A stretch of 40,223 bases of DNA from a virus (IMGVR_UViG_3300020201_000012:64001-104223), one strand, 5' to 3'. Shown: positions 1 to 7,679, counted from the stretch's first letter. The notes: generated by a model not told the origin, from the letters alone. Translations and numbers: made by a program.

Positions 1-129
1 TAAATATAAAAATAAGTTAGTAGCACAATACGGTCTAGATGCAGTTACTGCAATCTGTGAGTTATCCACAGCCCCAGAGAAGATAACAGATGAATATATA
101 AGAAATATAATAAAAACCTATAAAAGTAC

Positions 130-157
130 TTGACAAATATTATATGCGGTGTATAAT
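130..157 (+). promoter_or_regulatory. sigma70-type promoter for the TROVE/DUF2828 gene
   Basis: TTGACA (130-135), 16 nt, TATAAT (152-157). Confidence 0.75.
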
Positions 158-218
158 TATAAGTGAGCAGTTATGCTATAATAATATTGATAAATTCAAC
201 AAAGAGGATAGCCAACCC

Positions 219-1721
219 ATGAGTTTTATAAACGAACTTCAAACTAGTACTAATAAAACCGCACGTACCGAAAACGGTGCTGTGTCTAACACATCTACAC
301 TTGACCCAGTTTTAGATTTTTTTTCTAAGGCTGGGGCTATGCGTGGAAGAGAAGTAGAGGCATTTAGTCTTTTCCAAAAGGCTTTCGATGCTCACCCGCA
401 GAACGCAATTCGTGTTTTGTTCTACCTACGAGATATTCGTGGTGGACAAGGCGAGCGTTCTGTTTTTAGTTATATACTTGATCAGCTCGATGAAGATTTT
501 GTAGCCAAGATTGCACATTACATACCTGAATACGGTCGCTGGGACGAGGTGCCACTAAATGATGCTACAGCCGAAATAATCAGTCACCAATTAAGTGAAG
601 ACTTCAAACATATGGAAGAAGGATTATCTATTTCGCTTCTAGCCAAGTGGATGCCGTCTGAAAATGCCGGTAAAGCTTCTTTTAAGGATGCTCGTAAGTT
701 AGCTAAACTATTGGGTTGGGTTGGTAATCCAATCGAAATCAAAACAGTGGGCGTAGATGAAAATGGTGGTGAAGTAGAAACTATCAAGAGAATACCTAAC
801 CTTGCACCGTATCGTCGCAATGTTGTCAAGCTTCGTAAATATTACGAAAATTTCTTAGAACACTTAATGAGTGAAAAGCGTTGGGGCGAAATAGATTATT
901 CTAAGCTGCCGTCGCAGGCTCACAAAAAGCACGTTAAAGCCTTCTTCAGGAATGATGAAACTCGATATAAAGCCTACCTAGACTCAGTGACAAAAGGTGA
1001 AGCCAAGATCAACGCTGGCACACTGTTCGCCTACCAGCTGTATGACATGGTTGCTGGCTATAGGGCTACTGATGATGAGAAGAAAGCCGCTAATGCTCTA
1101 TGGGCAAATTTGCCAGACTACACAAGAGGGCAGAACGCACTTGTTTTAGCTGATGTATCTGGTTCTATGGCTGGCTTTCCTATGAGTGTCAGTGTTTCAC
1201 TGGCACTATACTTCGCCGAACGCAACGAGGGTCAGTTTAAGGACTATTTCATGACGTTCACTTCACAGTCACGTTTACAGAAGATTTCCGGTGATACTTT
1301 GGAAGCTAAGATGCGTTCGATTGAAACCGCTAACTGGGATATGGGCACCAACTTACAGTCTGCTTTCGATGCGATATTAAAGGCGGCACGAGACGGAAAT
1401 GCTACACCAGATGAAATGCCATCTACTTTGTACATCATCTCAGATATGCAGTTCGACGAAGCGACTGCAAGAAATGATAAAACTAATTTCGAAGTTATAG
1501 CTGAGAAGTTCAAGACTGCTGGTTACGAGCTACCACATGTGGTGTTCTGGAACTGTAGCGCTTACGGCAAGGATTCACCAGCAACGGTATATGATGAGAG
1601 GGTCACATTGATCTCAGGCTCTAACCAGAGTGCATTTCAGTATGCAGTTGAAGGTAAAACCCCGATGCAGAGCATGCTTGATATTCTTAACTCAGATAGA
1701 TACGCGGGTATAGTAATATAA
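219..1721 (+). CDS. Ro60-like TROVE + vWA protein (DUF2828-type)
   Basis: Motifs TENGA, LDFF, RDIRGGQGER, PEYGRWD, AKWMP, INAGTL, MIDAS-like DVSGSM, ISDMQFD, VVFWN. Start moved to ATG 219 because the track start (144) lies inside the promoter. Confidence 0.85.
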   Translation: MSFINELQTSTNKTARTENGAVSNTSTLDPVLDFFSKAGAMRGREVEAFSLFQKAFDAHPQNAIRVLFYLRDIRGGQGERSVFSYILDQLDEDFVAKIAHYIPEYGRWDEVPLNDATAEIISHQLSEDFKHMEEGLSISLLAKWMPSENAGKASFKDARKLAKLLGWVGNPIEIKTVGVDENGGEVETIKRIPNLAPYRRNVVKLRKYYENFLEHLMSEKRWGEIDYSKLPSQAHKKHVKAFFRNDETRYKAYLDSVTKGEAKINAGTLFAYQLYDMVAGYRATDDEKKAANALWANLPDYTRGQNALVLADVSGSMAGFPMSVSVSLALYFAERNEGQFKDYFMTFTSQSRLQKISGDTLEAKMRSIETANWDMGTNLQSAFDAILKAARDGNATPDEMPSTLYIISDMQFDEATARNDKTNFEVIAEKFKTAGYELPHVVFWNCSAYGKDSPATVYDERVTLISGSNQSAFQYAVEGKTPMQSMLDILNSDRYAGIVI

Positions 1722-1728
1722 AAAGTAC

Positions 1729-1757
1729 TTGACATTTAAAACTCGGTAGAGTATAAT
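1729..1757 (+). promoter_or_regulatory. consensus sigma70 promoter driving the ncRNA array
   Basis: TTGACA (1729-1734), 17 nt, TATAAT (1752-1757); no convincing ORF before the terminator at 2344. Confidence 0.85.
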
Positions 1758-1764
1758 TACAGTG

Positions 1765-1821
1765 TAGGGTTTAACAGCAATAAAAAAACAATCGCCTTGA
1801 ATGCAATTTAAATAACCCTAG
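1765..1821 (+). ncRNA. Y-like RNA unit 1 (closing stem, ACAGCAA, anticodon-like hairpin)
   Basis: TAGGGTT (1765-1771) pairs with AACCCTA (1814-1820); ACAGCAA follows the 5' strand; internal ATCGC-CTTGAAT-GCAAT; ends in CTAG. Confidence 0.6.
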
Positions 1822-1837
1822 TTTTTAGAAAAAATAT

Positions 1838-1930
1838 TAGACAGAAACAGCAAACCATATCGCCAGCAATGGCTCTACCAGGAACGGTTAGGTAGCTCCG
1901 TATAAAAAAAAGCCACCACAAACTGTCTAG
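1838..1930 (+). ncRNA. Y-like RNA unit 2
   Basis: TAGACAG (1838-1844) pairs with CTGTCTA (1923-1929); ACAGCAA; GCCA-GCAA-TGGC GNRA hairpin; CTACC/GGTAG stem with a D-loop-like AACGGTTA loop; ends in CTAG. Confidence 0.6.
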
Positions 1931-1945
1931 AATAGAAAAAGCCTG

Positions 1946-2056
1946 TAGGGGCTTCCAGCAAATACACAATCCACTGTAAATGGAGAGGTCGCAGGTTCAA
2001 ATCCTGTCAGGGCTTGCCCTGTAGCTCAGCGGTTAGAGCGCTATTAAAGCCCCTAG
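1946..2056 (+). ncRNA. Y-like RNA unit 3 containing a circularly permuted tRNA-like domain (GUA anticodon loop)
   Basis: TAGGGGCTT pairs with AAGCCCCTA (9 bp); CCAGCAA; then anticodon arm 1969-1985, AGGTC, T arm 1991-2007, loop-closed acceptor stem 2008-2021, D arm 2024-2039. Confidence 0.8.
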
Positions 2057-2144
2057 TATATAGATTATGGCCGCTGAGGCATTCGCCCTTATAAGGTGTT
2101 ATAAGACAATCACGGTTGCCATTGTCTATATTAAATCACAATAC

Positions 2145-2230
2145 AGAGCTATACAGCAACTAAAAATATTGGTTCGATTCCAATCTTCTCTTCGGATAAG
2201 ATGCCCTAACGGTAGGGGCACTAGCTCTAG
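2145..2230 (+). ncRNA. Y-like RNA unit 4 (YrlA-like T arm, capped acceptor, D arm)
   Basis: AGAGCTA pairs with TAGCTCT (2222-2228); ACAGCAA; ATTGG-TTCGATT-CCAAT; CTTCTC-TTCG-GATAAG; GCCC-TAACGGTAG-GGGC; ends in CTAG. Confidence 0.75.
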
Positions 2231-2235
2231 ATCAT

Positions 2236-2338
2236 TAGACACAAACAGCAAAAATACATATACTTTCTCGAAAGAGTCACAGTAGTACTATCGGTGATAT
2301 GGCTATCCCCCTGAATCGTACATTCCAAAAGTGTCTAG
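2236..2338 (+). ncRNA. Y-like RNA unit 5
   Basis: TAGACAC (2236-2242) pairs with GTGTCTA (2331-2337); ACAGCAA; internal CATAT/ATATG, ACTT-TCTCGAAA-GAGT and TCAC/GTGA stems; ends in CTAG. Confidence 0.6.
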
Positions 2339-2343
2339 CAAAG

Positions 2344-2365
2344 AACCTCCTTCGGGGGGTTTTTT
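2344..2365 (+). terminator. intrinsic terminator closing the ncRNA array
   Basis: AACCTCC-TTCG-GGGGGTT followed by a T run. Confidence 0.85.
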
Positions 2366-2391
2366 ATTTCCCGATGGTGTATAATAAGAGT

Positions 2392-2874
2392 ATGAAGAAA
2401 ACCAAAACGCCAGAAGAGCGTAAGCAAAGGTTGATAAAAAACCTAGAAAAAGCTCGCGCTGTCGCAAAACAGAACAGAGAACAGAAAAAAGTAGATAAAG
2501 AGGCGGGTCTTTATGTGGCACCGCCGAGAAAAAAGCCTAAAAACCTAGACAAGATTATACGTGAGATTCTTAATGATGACACGTTAGTCGATAGTATAGT
2601 TGAGAGTCAGCCAGATTACTGGAAACGCTTACCGGCGAAAAATGGTGGGTACATCATAGCCACAGTAATGATGGTCAAGGCAATGGGCGGAGACATTAAA
2701 GCAGCTGAATGGATTAGAAAAACTGGTTTTGGTGATAAGGTTATGCTCGAATCATCAGACGGTTTCTTCCAGCGTGATGAGTTTACTATTCACGTTGTGC
2801 CTTCTAAGCAATTAGAAGATGGAATAAATCTAAGTGAAGTTTTAGAAAATGAAATAAAGCAAATCGAGGAGTAG
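2392..2874 (+). CDS. probable terminase small subunit
   Basis: Basic N-terminus and KAMGGDIKAAEWIR helix typical of TerS; upstream of TerL. Start at ATG 2392, 6 nt after TATAAT; the track start lies inside the RNA array. Confidence 0.55.
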   Translation: MKKTKTPEERKQRLIKNLEKARAVAKQNREQKKVDKEAGLYVAPPRKKPKNLDKIIREILNDDTLVDSIVESQPDYWKRLPAKNGGYIIATVMMVKAMGGDIKAAEWIRKTGFGDKVMLESSDGFFQRDEFTIHVVPSKQLEDGINLSEVLENEIKQIEE

Positions 2875-2876
2875 TT

Positions 2877-3842
2877 ATGAGCCTTAATTATAAGTGGTCT
2901 TTCTCTGACTACCCGTCTAAGAAAAACGGCTTTACCGTAATGTCCACTTTTGCTTGTGGTGGTGGTAGCTCAATGGGTTATAAGCTGGCTGGGTTTGATG
3001 TAGTCGCCGCTAATGATATAGACCCACAAATGGCAGAGGTATACATACAGAATCATAATCCTAAGCAGTTTTTTGAGTGTAGTGTTACTGATCTTAAAGA
3101 CAGAAACGATCTTCCAGAAGTAGACATCCTTGATGGTAGCCCGCCGTGTTCTGTATTTAGTATTGCTGGACTGGGAAAGAAAGTCTGGGGTAAGAGTAAG
3201 AAGTTTAGAGAAGGACAAGCAGAGCAAGTACTTGATGACTTATTTTTTGAGTTTGAGAAATTAGCTCGAAAAATGAACCCTAAAGTAGTTGTGGCAGAGA
3301 ATGTCAAGTCTATGCTTCACGGTAAAGCTAGAAAATATGCAGAAGAATATTGCCGTCGAATGAATAGATCTGGTTACACAACTCAGGTATTTGTTCTAGA
3401 CGGGTCAAAGATGGGTCTTCCGCAGAAACGAGAAAGAGTATTTTTTATATCTAATAGACTCGGCAAGAAGTTAAGTCTCGAGTTTAACGACACCTTAGTC
3501 AAGTTTAGAGAAATAAGCGATGACACAGACACGGCTACAAATCTATCGCCACTCTATCAAGAGTACTGGAATAAGGCAGTAGAGGGCGAAGCAGTCGGTA
3601 AGTTCGATGCTCGTAGGAAGCTATGGATAGACAGACCCTCTAGAACGGTGACAGCAAGTGGAGCTAACTTTCACCCTTTATACCCCAGAACTATAAACTT
3701 TAAAGAAGAGCTCCTTCTATCTTCGTTTCCTCAAGATTATGATTTTACCGGAGTTAAGCCAACATACCTAATGGGCATGAGTGTCCCACCTTTAATGATG
3801 GCTCGTGTTGCCAAAGAAATACAAAAACAACTACTATCATGA
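2877..3842 (+). CDS. DNA (cytosine-5)-methyltransferase
   Basis: FACGGG motif I, catalytic GSPPCS, ENV motif VI, QKRER motif VIII. Confidence 0.9.
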   Translation: MSLNYKWSFSDYPSKKNGFTVMSTFACGGGSSMGYKLAGFDVVAANDIDPQMAEVYIQNHNPKQFFECSVTDLKDRNDLPEVDILDGSPPCSVFSIAGLGKKVWGKSKKFREGQAEQVLDDLFFEFEKLARKMNPKVVVAENVKSMLHGKARKYAEEYCRRMNRSGYTTQVFVLDGSKMGLPQKRERVFFISNRLGKKLSLEFNDTLVKFREISDDTDTATNLSPLYQEYWNKAVEGEAVGKFDARRKLWIDRPSRTVTASGANFHPLYPRTINFKEELLLSSFPQDYDFTGVKPTYLMGMSVPPLMMARVAKEIQKQLLS

Positions 3843-5275
3843 CACCAGATTTAACTATATCAGAGGTTCAAAACCTCGCAATGCAAGAGTTTAACAACCC
3901 TCAGACTGTTTCGATCGTTTTCGGGGGTGGGGCAGGTGGTGGAAAATCTTTTCTACTAGGTTTACTAACTGCGATCGCCGCCAAACAATACCCAAGAACT
4001 CGTTGGGGTCTTGCCCGTAAAGAGCTGAAGAGTTTAAAGCAGACAACCCTAGCCACTCTCATCGGTAAGGTTCACCCAGTTCTCGGCATCACAGAACACG
4101 ATTATAAATTAAATCTTCAAGATTCAACAATAGAATACTCGAATGGTTCAGAAATACTTCTACTTGACTTAACTGCAAAGCCATCCGACCCAGAAATGGA
4201 GTCCTTGGGTAGTTTAGAGTTAACCGGTGCATTCGTAGATGAGGTAGGAGAGGTTAATAAAAAAGCTTATGACATATTATCCTCTCGTGTCAATCGTTGG
4301 CTGAATAAAGAATATGGTATTACTGGAAAAGTAGTCGGAAGTTGCAACCCAAGCCCCGGATTCGTTCGCCAAGATTATTATGATAAATATGAAAAACTAG
4401 GTTCAGGTAGAATACAGCGTTGGGCTAATGGTCATGTATGGGTAAATGGTGAGCGCAAGACAGCTTATAGCGTCTATATTCGCTCTACAGTGCTTGATAA
4501 CCCTTTTATAGATGATAACTATATCGAAAACCTTAAAAGAATGCCGCCACAAGAAAAGAAACGTCTACTGGACGGCGATTGGAACTATCTAGACGAAGAT
4601 GATTCATTGTTCTCTATGAAGCTCATAGATAAGATAACAGTTTACGAAAGACCCGAAGTATTAAGAAACGATGAAGGTGAATTAGTAGACGAATTTGGAA
4701 AATTGAAGAAGTTTAATAAGTATATAGGTGTCGACCCTTCAGACTCAGGAAAAGATTCTACTGTTATTACTTTAGTAAACGAGGGAATCATAACCGATCA
4801 ATTTGAAGTTAAGTCACCAGTAGGTAAAGATGATGCTATTGGTTTCTTTATCGCGGGCAAACTTATTGCTTTCGCGGAAAAAAATGGTTTCACTAAACAC
4901 TTAGCTAGAAATATAACTATAGAAGGAAACGGAATTGGTGCCAGTTTAAGGGACTCACTAAGAGTGATGGGTTGGAACGTACAAGTGTACATGGCTACGC
5001 TTCAAACTCGCAATGATGGATTTTATGAGTTTATGGTAAACGCTGATGAAGGAAAGATTAAGATTCTTTATGAAGTGATAGAAGCTGGTAACCTACTCAG
5101 ACAGCTCACAGCGCACCGATACGACCTAGACACGGGTAAACCTCGCATTACTAAGAAAAAAGAGCTTAGAAAGCTTCTAGGGCGGTCTCCCGACCATGCT
5201 GACTCGGCTATGATAGCTAACATGGCGTCCAACAAGATGAAACCCAAAAATATAAGTTCTTATATAAGGTGGTAA
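3839..5275 (+). CDS. terL: terminase large subunit
   Basis: Walker A GGGAGGGKS, Walker B FVDEVGE, DNPF motif, RNase H-like GVDPS...D and C-terminal SPDHADS. Confidence 0.9.
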   Translation: MTPDLTISEVQNLAMQEFNNPQTVSIVFGGGAGGGKSFLLGLLTAIAAKQYPRTRWGLARKELKSLKQTTLATLIGKVHPVLGITEHDYKLNLQDSTIEYSNGSEILLLDLTAKPSDPEMESLGSLELTGAFVDEVGEVNKKAYDILSSRVNRWLNKEYGITGKVVGSCNPSPGFVRQDYYDKYEKLGSGRIQRWANGHVWVNGERKTAYSVYIRSTVLDNPFIDDNYIENLKRMPPQEKKRLLDGDWNYLDEDDSLFSMKLIDKITVYERPEVLRNDEGELVDEFGKLKKFNKYIGVDPSDSGKDSTVITLVNEGIITDQFEVKSPVGKDDAIGFFIAGKLIAFAEKNGFTKHLARNITIEGNGIGASLRDSLRVMGWNVQVYMATLQTRNDGFYEFMVNADEGKIKILYEVIEAGNLLRQLTAHRYDLDTGKPRITKKKELRKLLGRSPDHADSAMIANMASNKMKPKNISSYIRW

Positions 5276-5276
5276 T

Positions 5277-6296
5277 ATGGCTTTCGTAGCAGACACTAAG
5301 GTATTATCGAAATCTGGATGGAAACTTATAGGTGAAATATCTGGGCAAGATCAAATACTGGTACGCAACTTTTTAGGTGATGCTCAGTTTTCACAACCGT
5401 TTGCTATTAGAAAAAAGCAGCATGACGGAATAGTGTTGGCTGGCGGTTCGGACCACTACAGCTTTGAAGTTACGCCTGATCACAAAATAATATATACGAA
5501 CGATAAAGGCAAGCAGTTTGAGTCTAACGCTAGAGACGTGCCTTCCGGAAAAAGAACTTTACTACACCACCGGTCAAGATACTATCCGCAAGATGATTTT
5601 TTTAAACAATTTGTAAAAACAGGTAGCTCTATTAGGGGTGTTGAAGCGGTTGACTGGTATAAGCTAGTGGGATATATGCTAAAGAAGGGTTTAGTTGATA
5701 AAAAGAAAGATAGACTTTTCTTGTATGTAGATAAAGACAACCCCGAGAAAGATATGAATATTATTTGCGGCGTATTAGATAATATCGGGTTAGAGTGGAC
5801 GTTTGTTAAGCCAAAAACCATCGTAGTGTCTCAGAAATCTAATATAGCTAATAAGCTCGCTATTGCTCTAGGCTCTAGAAGTAGAAGAAGTATGTATATA
5901 CCCAGCAAGATGATTAACAACAGCACTACAGAGTACGCCACAGCGCTGATTGAGACGTTTATTCGTGCATCTAGAAAAGATGGTCAGGGTGTCGAAAAGA
6001 CCCTACAGTTTTCAACCTCAAATATGAAACTCATAAAAAGTATGGAGGTATTAGGTTTACTATCAGGATACACGATTAGCAACCGGTTAGTAAAACCCGC
6101 GGGGTCTAAAGTTCCAAGAGGGTTCACAAAAAGGGATTCTCATGTAGTTTATGTGAGGAAGTCGGTAAACGAAGTAAGCATAACGTCCAAAAAAGAAAAA
6201 CAATATTCAGGAAGCGTCTACGAGATAGATATATTCGAAGGTCAGGTCATAACAAAAATAGAAGGGTCTTTGCCAGTATGGATGCAACCGAAATGA
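5277..6296 (+). CDS. free-standing intein-like Hint + LAGLIDADG protein, catalytically degenerate
   Basis: AFVADTKVLSKSGWKLI (block A with Ala in place of Cys1), VTPDH (block B), YSGSVYEIDI (block F), no terminal His-Asn; the two LAGLIDADG helices lack acidic residues. Confidence 0.7.
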   Translation: MAFVADTKVLSKSGWKLIGEISGQDQILVRNFLGDAQFSQPFAIRKKQHDGIVLAGGSDHYSFEVTPDHKIIYTNDKGKQFESNARDVPSGKRTLLHHRSRYYPQDDFFKQFVKTGSSIRGVEAVDWYKLVGYMLKKGLVDKKKDRLFLYVDKDNPEKDMNIICGVLDNIGLEWTFVKPKTIVVSQKSNIANKLAIALGSRSRRSMYIPSKMINNSTTEYATALIETFIRASRKDGQGVEKTLQFSTSNMKLIKSMEVLGLLSGYTISNRLVKPAGSKVPRGFTKRDSHVVYVRKSVNEVSITSKKEKQYSGSVYEIDIFEGQVITKIEGSLPVWMQPK

Positions 6297-6598
6297 AATT
6301 TGGTGATAAGATATTCGCATATGGAAGAATGACCGATTACGATATGCACGAAGAAATAGGATTAGAAAATCCTTCTTATAATAGTGTTCTGGGATATATG
6401 CCCATAGGTGGCTTTTATATTATTCCCGAAAAGACAGATAGAATAGATGTGTACTTACCTGGATTCGTAATGGATTACATCCCCAGTTTAGCGTCACAAA
6501 CGCTATTTGCTAAAATGGAAATGGTGAACGTTACAAAATTATTATCCCTACAGGAGCCAACCCTGAAGGGAACTAATGTGTGGATGCCCATACCCTAG
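6278..6598 (+). CDS. hypothetical protein
   Basis: ORF coupled to the upstream gene (start may be ATG 6293); converges with the minus-strand block. Confidence 0.5.
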   Translation: MDATEMKFGDKIFAYGRMTDYDMHEEIGLENPSYNSVLGYMPIGGFYIIPEKTDRIDVYLPGFVMDYIPSLASQTLFAKMEMVNVTKLLSLQEPTLKGTNVWMPIP

Positions 6599-7055
6599 AA
6601 ACCAATAAGTTTCTAATTACTTCTAACTTATATACCCCTGTACCATTCGAGGCACAAGGCATACACCAATTTTCTTTACTAGAATTAGAGGTTGTTGAAG
6701 TGTTGCACCCAGAACAGGATACTGTATATTTATGTATCGCTGCTCCCGTACAGTAGCCGTCATACGGCATTGAAGGGCTTAGCCTGTTACAGAGTTCTAT
6801 AAACTCGCTACCGTGCCCCTTACCGTATCCTAGTAGTGCGTGGGTGGCTTCATGTATGGTCGTTCTATGAAACTCTTCTTCTGTGGCTATTGCTATATAC
6901 CTTTTACTATATACTATTTTTTTCTCATCATGTTTAGTCTTAGCTATAACAGAGTAACTGTTGTCGGTTTCAATACCCCAACCGCTTAAGCCTAGTAGGT
7001 CTAATATAGACCTAGAACGTTTTAGTGCTATTTCTATCTTATCTTTTTTATACAC
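6573..7055 (-). CDS. SprT-like zinc metalloprotease domain protein
   Basis: TTIHEATH...GHGSEF (HExxH plus HG..F) and C-terminal CxxC...CxxC. Confidence 0.7.
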   Translation of the reverse strand: MYKKDKIEIALKRSRSILDLLGLSGWGIETDNSYSVIAKTKHDEKKIVYSKRYIAIATEEEFHRTTIHEATHALLGYGKGHGSEFIELCNRLSPSMPYDGYCTGAAIHKYTVSCSGCNTSTTSNSSKENWCMPCASNGTGVYKLEVIRNLLVSRVWASTH

Positions 7056-7064
7056 TAATAACTC

Positions 7065-7679
7065 CTATGGGTTTACTTTTTTGAATGCTTGTGCGAACTT
7101 CTGACTGTTCAAACTTCTGAACTCCATATCACTCTCTGGCTTGAACGTAGAGAACTCAGGAATAAAACGAACGTGGCTCTTATGCATAAATGCTAAACTT
7201 GGCTTGCCTCTTCCCGGTCTTTGGTATAAACCCTCTAGCTTAGGTACTTCTGCCCAGTCACTATACACACGATCAGGGATATTAAACTTACCCCAGAGTG
7301 CTGTCTTCTTAGTCCACGGGCTGCCAAACCACCACGGCTCATACTGAAACTGTGGCTCGCCTAAATAGTTTTTCAACTCTCCCTTAGCTGGGTTCTCAAT
7401 AACCCACCAAACAGGGTTAGCTTCTTTTATTATTCTTTGGCACTCTTTAACTAGAAACATACCCTTATCTGGGTCTCGTGCTTTACCGCTTGACCTAGCG
7501 GTACTGAACTCAGTACATACAGGGTTAGCAATAATTCCGTGCACACCTTTGGGTGGGTGGTAGTTTTCTACACCAATTTTACTACCTACTAATATAACCT
7601 CATAATCGGGGTCATCTTGGTACGGCTTTGTATCACTACCTGTATCTGCACATAAGTGTAGTATTATCCTTTTTACCAT
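7065..7679 (-). CDS. small C5-type DNA methyltransferase
   Basis: ILHLCADTG, IIANPVCTEFS (PC motif), WVIENP, TKKTALWG. Confidence 0.7.
   Translation of the reverse strand: MVKRIILHLCADTGSDTKPYQDDPDYEVILVGSKIGVENYHPPKGVHGIIANPVCTEFSTARSSGKARDPDKGMFLVKECQRIIKEANPVWWVIENPAKGELKNYLGEPQFQYEPWWFGSPWTKKTALWGKFNIPDRVYSDWAEVPKLEGLYQRPGRGKPSLAFMHKSHVRFIPEFSTFKPESDMEFRSLNSQKFAQAFKKVNP

Noticed and set aside
62-70. DnaA box TTATCCACA as a replication origin
   Set aside because: Single perfect copy with no cluster visible inside the window
1969-2040. Ordinary functional tRNA-Tyr gene
   Set aside because: Arms are in permuted order, the acceptor is loop-closed and there is no CCA; reported as a mimic instead
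1765-2338. CRISPR array
   Set aside because: Units share only short motifs, their stems differ in sequence, lengths vary from 57 to 111 nt, and no cas gene is present
2067-2391. Track ORF 2067-2285 and the N-terminal extension of ORF 2299
   Set aside because: They overlap the structured RNA units and the terminator and have no RBS
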